64,000 nucleotides of DNA from Blepharisma stoltei ATCC 30299 (taxonomy: Eukaryota; Protista; Ciliophora), in contig CBFDEM010000023.1 in the NCBI GenBank assembly GCA_965603825.1, forward strand, positions 372,001 through 436,000, in the 5' to 3' direction. Below are positions 60,116-64,000 of this stretch, piece by piece (position 1 is the stretch's first letter; the number at the start of each line of letters is the position of its first letter). A model generated the notes under the pieces. It did no database searches and had not been told where the DNA came from. It saw nothing but the letters and a program-made list of their open reading frames with translations. The translations under genes and the position numbers were made by a program.

Positions 60116-60595
60116 TTAGAATAAGACGAACTGTTTTCTGGCTGAGCCAAAGATTTGGTTAGGCTGGACCTTGAGCACATTGAATCTGACAGTCTTGGAA
60201 ATAGGTCTGCATTGTCCAATTGTGACAATATCTCCTTCTTTCACATGAGAAAAAGCAGGTGAGCAGTGAGCTGGGATGTTCTTGTGTCTCTTCTCGAATC
60301 TCTTGTATTTTGGAATGTAGTGAAGGTAATTTCTTCTGATAATGATTGTATGCTTCATTTTGGTAGAAATGACCATCCCTTTAAGGATTCTTCCTCTGAT
60401 TGAAACTTCTCCTGTGAATGGGCATTTTCTGTCAACATAGTTCCCTTCTATGGCTTCTTTAGGAGTCTTGAATCCCAAGCCGACATTCTTCCAGTATCTC
60501 ACTCCTTTGGCTGTTTTTTTGGCAAAGAACTTCTTGCTTTTAAGAGATACACCATCCTGTCTCATATAGGCCTTCTCTGTTTGCACGTCCGCCAT
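60116..60595 (-). CDS. RPS11: 40S ribosomal protein S11 (uS17)
   Basis: [10 protein letters not shown]...[24 protein letters not shown]...RFEKRHKN...[12 protein letters not shown]. Confidence 0.98.
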   Translation of the reverse strand: MADVQTEKAYMRQDGVSLKSKKFFAKKTAKGVRYWKNVGLGFKTPKEAIEGNYVDRKCPFTGEVSIRGRILKGMVISTKMKHTIIIRRNYLHYIPKYKRFEKRHKNIPAHCSPAFSHVKEGDIVTIGQCRPISKTVRFNVLKVQPNQIFGSARKQFVLF

Positions 60596-60701
60596 TGCTT
60601 GATTTATTATAAAGACTGCTTGCCTGCCATATATACCCATCATCTCACATTTCAATCCTAATATGAAAATTCTTTAAGTTTAAGTAAATTTATGCTAGTT
60701 T

Positions 60702-61499
60702 CTAAACATTGGCTTTGTACCTTTCTTCTGAAATAACGGTCCCTTGTCTGTCAATTCTTTCCAGGTCTTCATTTCTACCTCTCATGCACCAGCCCATATG
60801 CCGTTTTAAGAAAAGTTCTTCTGATCTTGGAATTTGGGAGTGGTGGACTTGCCAATAAACGACTAAGCCAAGGATCCCAGCTAGGAGTAGCAGCACAACG
60901 AAAACTGCGAAAATCTCAAGATGGTTGACCCCTTCTGCTTCCTCTGCAGTTTTTTGGCAAAACTGGCCACTGTATCCTTGTACGCATTGGCATTCTTTAT
61001 CTACACATACCCCACCATTTAAGCATTTACCAAAGCATGAGCTTTGTACTGTATTAGATATTTCAACGTCAATACACTGATAGTGGGTACCTTTTTCTGT
61101 TTCCCAAATTCATTGTAGCGTGCACAAATCACAAATTATTTTTGAAGGAAAAACAACGATTTTAAATTCAGTAGAGCTTGCCTTGCGACCACATGGGAAA
61201 TATCCAGTTGAGTTAGCTGAGTTGTCGGTAGGAAGTAAAGTTTCGTAAATTGAGTAGTCAGTTCCGTGTGAAAGGCGAAGAGTGCAGTTTCCTGTAGGTG
61301 AAGGAGTCTTAACAAGTCAAGAAATGGGATTCAAGGAACCCGGATCTGATAACAAGTGAGACTTTCCTTTTGTTGAAGATCCACAAGGGGGATGGCCTAT
61401 TAAGCTCGGCTGAGAATCTACTCTTGGAAGTGGCTCTATTATAATGGCTTCTGGGTTTGTTTCTGCACTCACAATTGAGACTAAAAGGAAGTAAAGCAT
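60702..61499 (-). CDS. Type I membrane protein: signal peptide + LPMO-like beta-sandwich + EGF + TM, ~265 aa, TGA=Trp at 61317 and 61110
   Basis: Single frame: MLYFLLVSIVSA, PLPR..PPCG, CDLCTLQ-W-IW...YQCIDVEI, EGF CLNGGVCVDKECQCVQGYSGQFC, TM IFAVFVVLLLLAGILGLVVYW. Confidence 0.8.
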
Positions 61500-61599
61500 T
61501 TTAGTTTATCTTTGATAACAGATATAAATAATTAAAAATTCAGGCTCAAAAGCAACTTAACACCTTATTAATTTAAATTTATTTAAATAAATATTTAGC

Positions 61600-63537
61600 A
61601 TGGAAAACAAAGAGTAATCTTTATTCAGAGACAAAAGCTCGTATCAAGAAAAAACCACCCAAGAAGGCGAGCATTATAGAGTTTCCAATGGTAAAAGAAG
61701 AGATGCTATAAACAATTGATTAAGAGCTCTGGATACATCAGGAATGAGCCTAGTAGAAAGGATGACTTTGGATATTAATCGCAGAGAACTGATTAAAAAG
61801 GAAATTGAGTCGAGATCTGATTTAACAGTTAGAACAAGCAGTCCTAATAGTGGAGCAGTTTTTGGAAGGCTTATTGATGATACCAATCGAAGAAATCTAG
61901 CTTCCAAGAAATTGGAGATTTTTGTGGAAAAATGTGAAGAAGAAAAAGCTCCAATTAAAAAATACGCTGCCAGCGAAGAAGCGAATCAAGTCTATAATCG
62001 CCTGATAAGAGATGCTCGATATAGAAAAGAAAGCTATGAAACCAGAGAAAAAATAGCAAAGCTTCAAGAAGAGTCAGAAATGTCGATTCAGACTGCGAAA
62101 TTACTTGATAAGAAAAAGGCGGAAGAGTTGATTAAAAGGTTGAATGAAGCTGCAAAAATCAGAGAAGAAAAATTAAAGGTGAAAAGAGAACAAAAGGAAG
62201 AAAATGAAATCAGTGAAGCAGTTAGGATGGCAAATAGATTGCATCCTAAACGAGAATTAGACCAAAAAGTAATGGAAAGGCTGACAAGAAATAAAGAATC
62301 AAGAGTCGAAGAGGGCTCAAGTAATGCAGGATATAAAAAAGTGCTTAGTATAGAAGAAGCAATGGCTTCTGGAGAAAGATTGACAAGTGCAAGATCAAGC
62401 AAGCCGCCAAGAGCAGAAATTTCAAGCCAAAAGAAAAAGTTGAAGAAAGTAAATAGTGGAGAATTGGAGAGTATCTGCCAAAGATTATACAGCAGTAGAT
62501 CTTATACACCTTCAAACAGGTCACAAATCGATAAGCCTAGTCCATCAATTTTCCAAAAAAATAAAAAGCAGCTATTATTAATACCAAGAAAGTCATATTA
62601 TAAATCCAAGTCTAAGTCTCCAACTCGGTCTATTAATATTGAGCAATCAAAATGTTCAGGTGAACTTCAAATTATGTCAGAAACTAGCCCTGAAAATGCA
62701 ATTCCAAAAGCTGAGCTGCTAAATGCTGCAAATGGATACTTTGATGTCAAGGAAAAGCCATCTATCAAGCAAAAAATCAATTTACTAGTGCCTTCTTCAA
62801 GTAGTCAACACTTCATGAATCAAAGAAGTCCTGAAAGAGGCAGACAAAAAGAAAAAATTCCTCCTTCTATCAAAGATGAAAGAACACCGAGTCCAATAAA
62901 AAATCCTCCGATCCCAATTTCTTATTCTAAGCTTGACCTCAATTTGCCTTCAGCATCTTCAATTGCCAGTCCTTCATGCATGAATTTCAGGCTGCAGCCT
63001 AAAACTTCTAGAGTTTCTGATCTATATGATCTTTTTCAACAAGAGAATAGTGGAAAAGATTCATCAAGCCATAAAAAACAGCAATTAGCTGCTACTGATG
63101 AGCCACTATCTGGAAGAAATACTCAAACTTCTTTAATTTCGCTTGATTTGCATGGGGTTAGTTTGGAAAATGAAAGAAAAGATCAAAAAGTCGAGAAGAA
63201 ATTGGATAATGGAAACTGGAACTTCTCAAATATCGTTAAGTCAGAGCTTGGAATAATCGCTGGGATTGAAAAATCAGATGAAGAAAAATCAAAAATTGGG
63301 TCTGCCAGAAAGGGAGCTTCATTAGATCCTGGTAAATTAAGTCCAAGAATATGTTCGCAAAAATTTTCAGAAGAATCATTGTACTTGATGAAAAACCCTC
63401 TTAAAATTGGCACACAAAAATGCTCACCAAAAAAATTCGACAAGAAAAATGCGATGAACGACTATCGTTTTGTTATTGGAATGAAAGAAAATGGTGAATT
63501 TATTTATGATGAACCTGTAAATTCGAAAAATAATTAA
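61600..63537 (+). CDS. Hypothetical basic, coiled-coil/disordered protein, ~640 aa; intron 61614-61628, TGA=Trp at 61717
   Basis: ATG 61600 is joined via the 15-nt intron and TGA to the 597-aa ORF. Recurrent xxRL motifs (VFGRL, VYNRL, IKRL, MERL, CQRLY). Confidence 0.75.
61614..61628 (+). other. 15-nt intron GTAATCTTTATTCAG (phase 2)
   Basis: Unspliced frame reads GAG TAA; removal restores the frame. Confidence 0.8.
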
Positions 63538-64000
63538 TTAAATTTCTATCTAAAAAGAAAGCTATTAGGTAAAATAGCTAATTTTTTATGTGCTTATTTG
63601 TGTAGAAAAATTTAAATACTAAGACTCTGCTTTCAGAGACTTAAACTGATATATAACTTTTATTGAAATTTCAATACATAGAAAAATAATAAGACAACCT
63701 ATATAAGAAACAACAAATCAATATTGATATTTTATATTTTAATCTAACTGAATTTTTATTAAGTATAGTTGAAAAATTAATAGCCTTCCATTAGAGATAT
63801 ATTTTCTTTAGAAATACTGGAAATTACAAAATTATTGGGTTTATAAAAATTATAATAATTATTTCAGAAGCATTTGAAGATCCTTACTTTAATCTAGTGA
63901 TTAGATATAAAAAATTGATATAATTAGCTTTAGTTTTAGAAAAACTGATATTGTTTTAAAATGCAAATATGAGATAACTAAAAATATGGATGATTAATAG

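Overview
This is AT-rich, very gene-dense eukaryotic nuclear DNA, not prokaryotic. Two sequence signatures explain most of the broken ORFs in the supplied track. (1) In-frame TGA codons sit at conserved Trp positions (kinase YVATR-W-YRSPE, TTLL W-ILKP, five MORN-repeat Trp), while every gene end I could establish is TAA or TAG, so TGA = Trp. (2) Nine 15-nt GT..AG introns, all with A at position 10, restore conserved motifs when removed (e.g. Rab WDT|AGQE). This combination matches the somatic (macronuclear) genome of a heterotrich ciliate, most likely Blepharisma; the taxon is an inference. Re-reading with that code gives about 52 protein-coding genes. They include dynamin, GCDH, CACYBP, CSN7, a SAPS-family protein, importin-9, an IQ/MORN protein, RPL19, MOB1, TTLL4-like, Rab2-like, a CENP-C homologue, two ciliate-type ATP synthase subunits, p24, TAP42, a bacterial-type persulfide dioxygenase, CDKL5-like kinase, LplA, CCP/AGBL, KCBP-type kinesin-14 and RPS11. 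I recognised no tRNA, rRNA, transposase, CRISPR array or telomere repeat. The best unexplained items are a ~240-nt TA-bounded multi-stem foldback at 49771-50010, an LPMO-fold/EGF membrane protein lacking the His-brace, a CENP-C whose cupin is hidden behind TGA codons, a phase-specific stop-codon pattern in the tiny introns, and intergenic gaps as short as 10-19 bp. All family assignments come from motif recognition from memory, without database searches.
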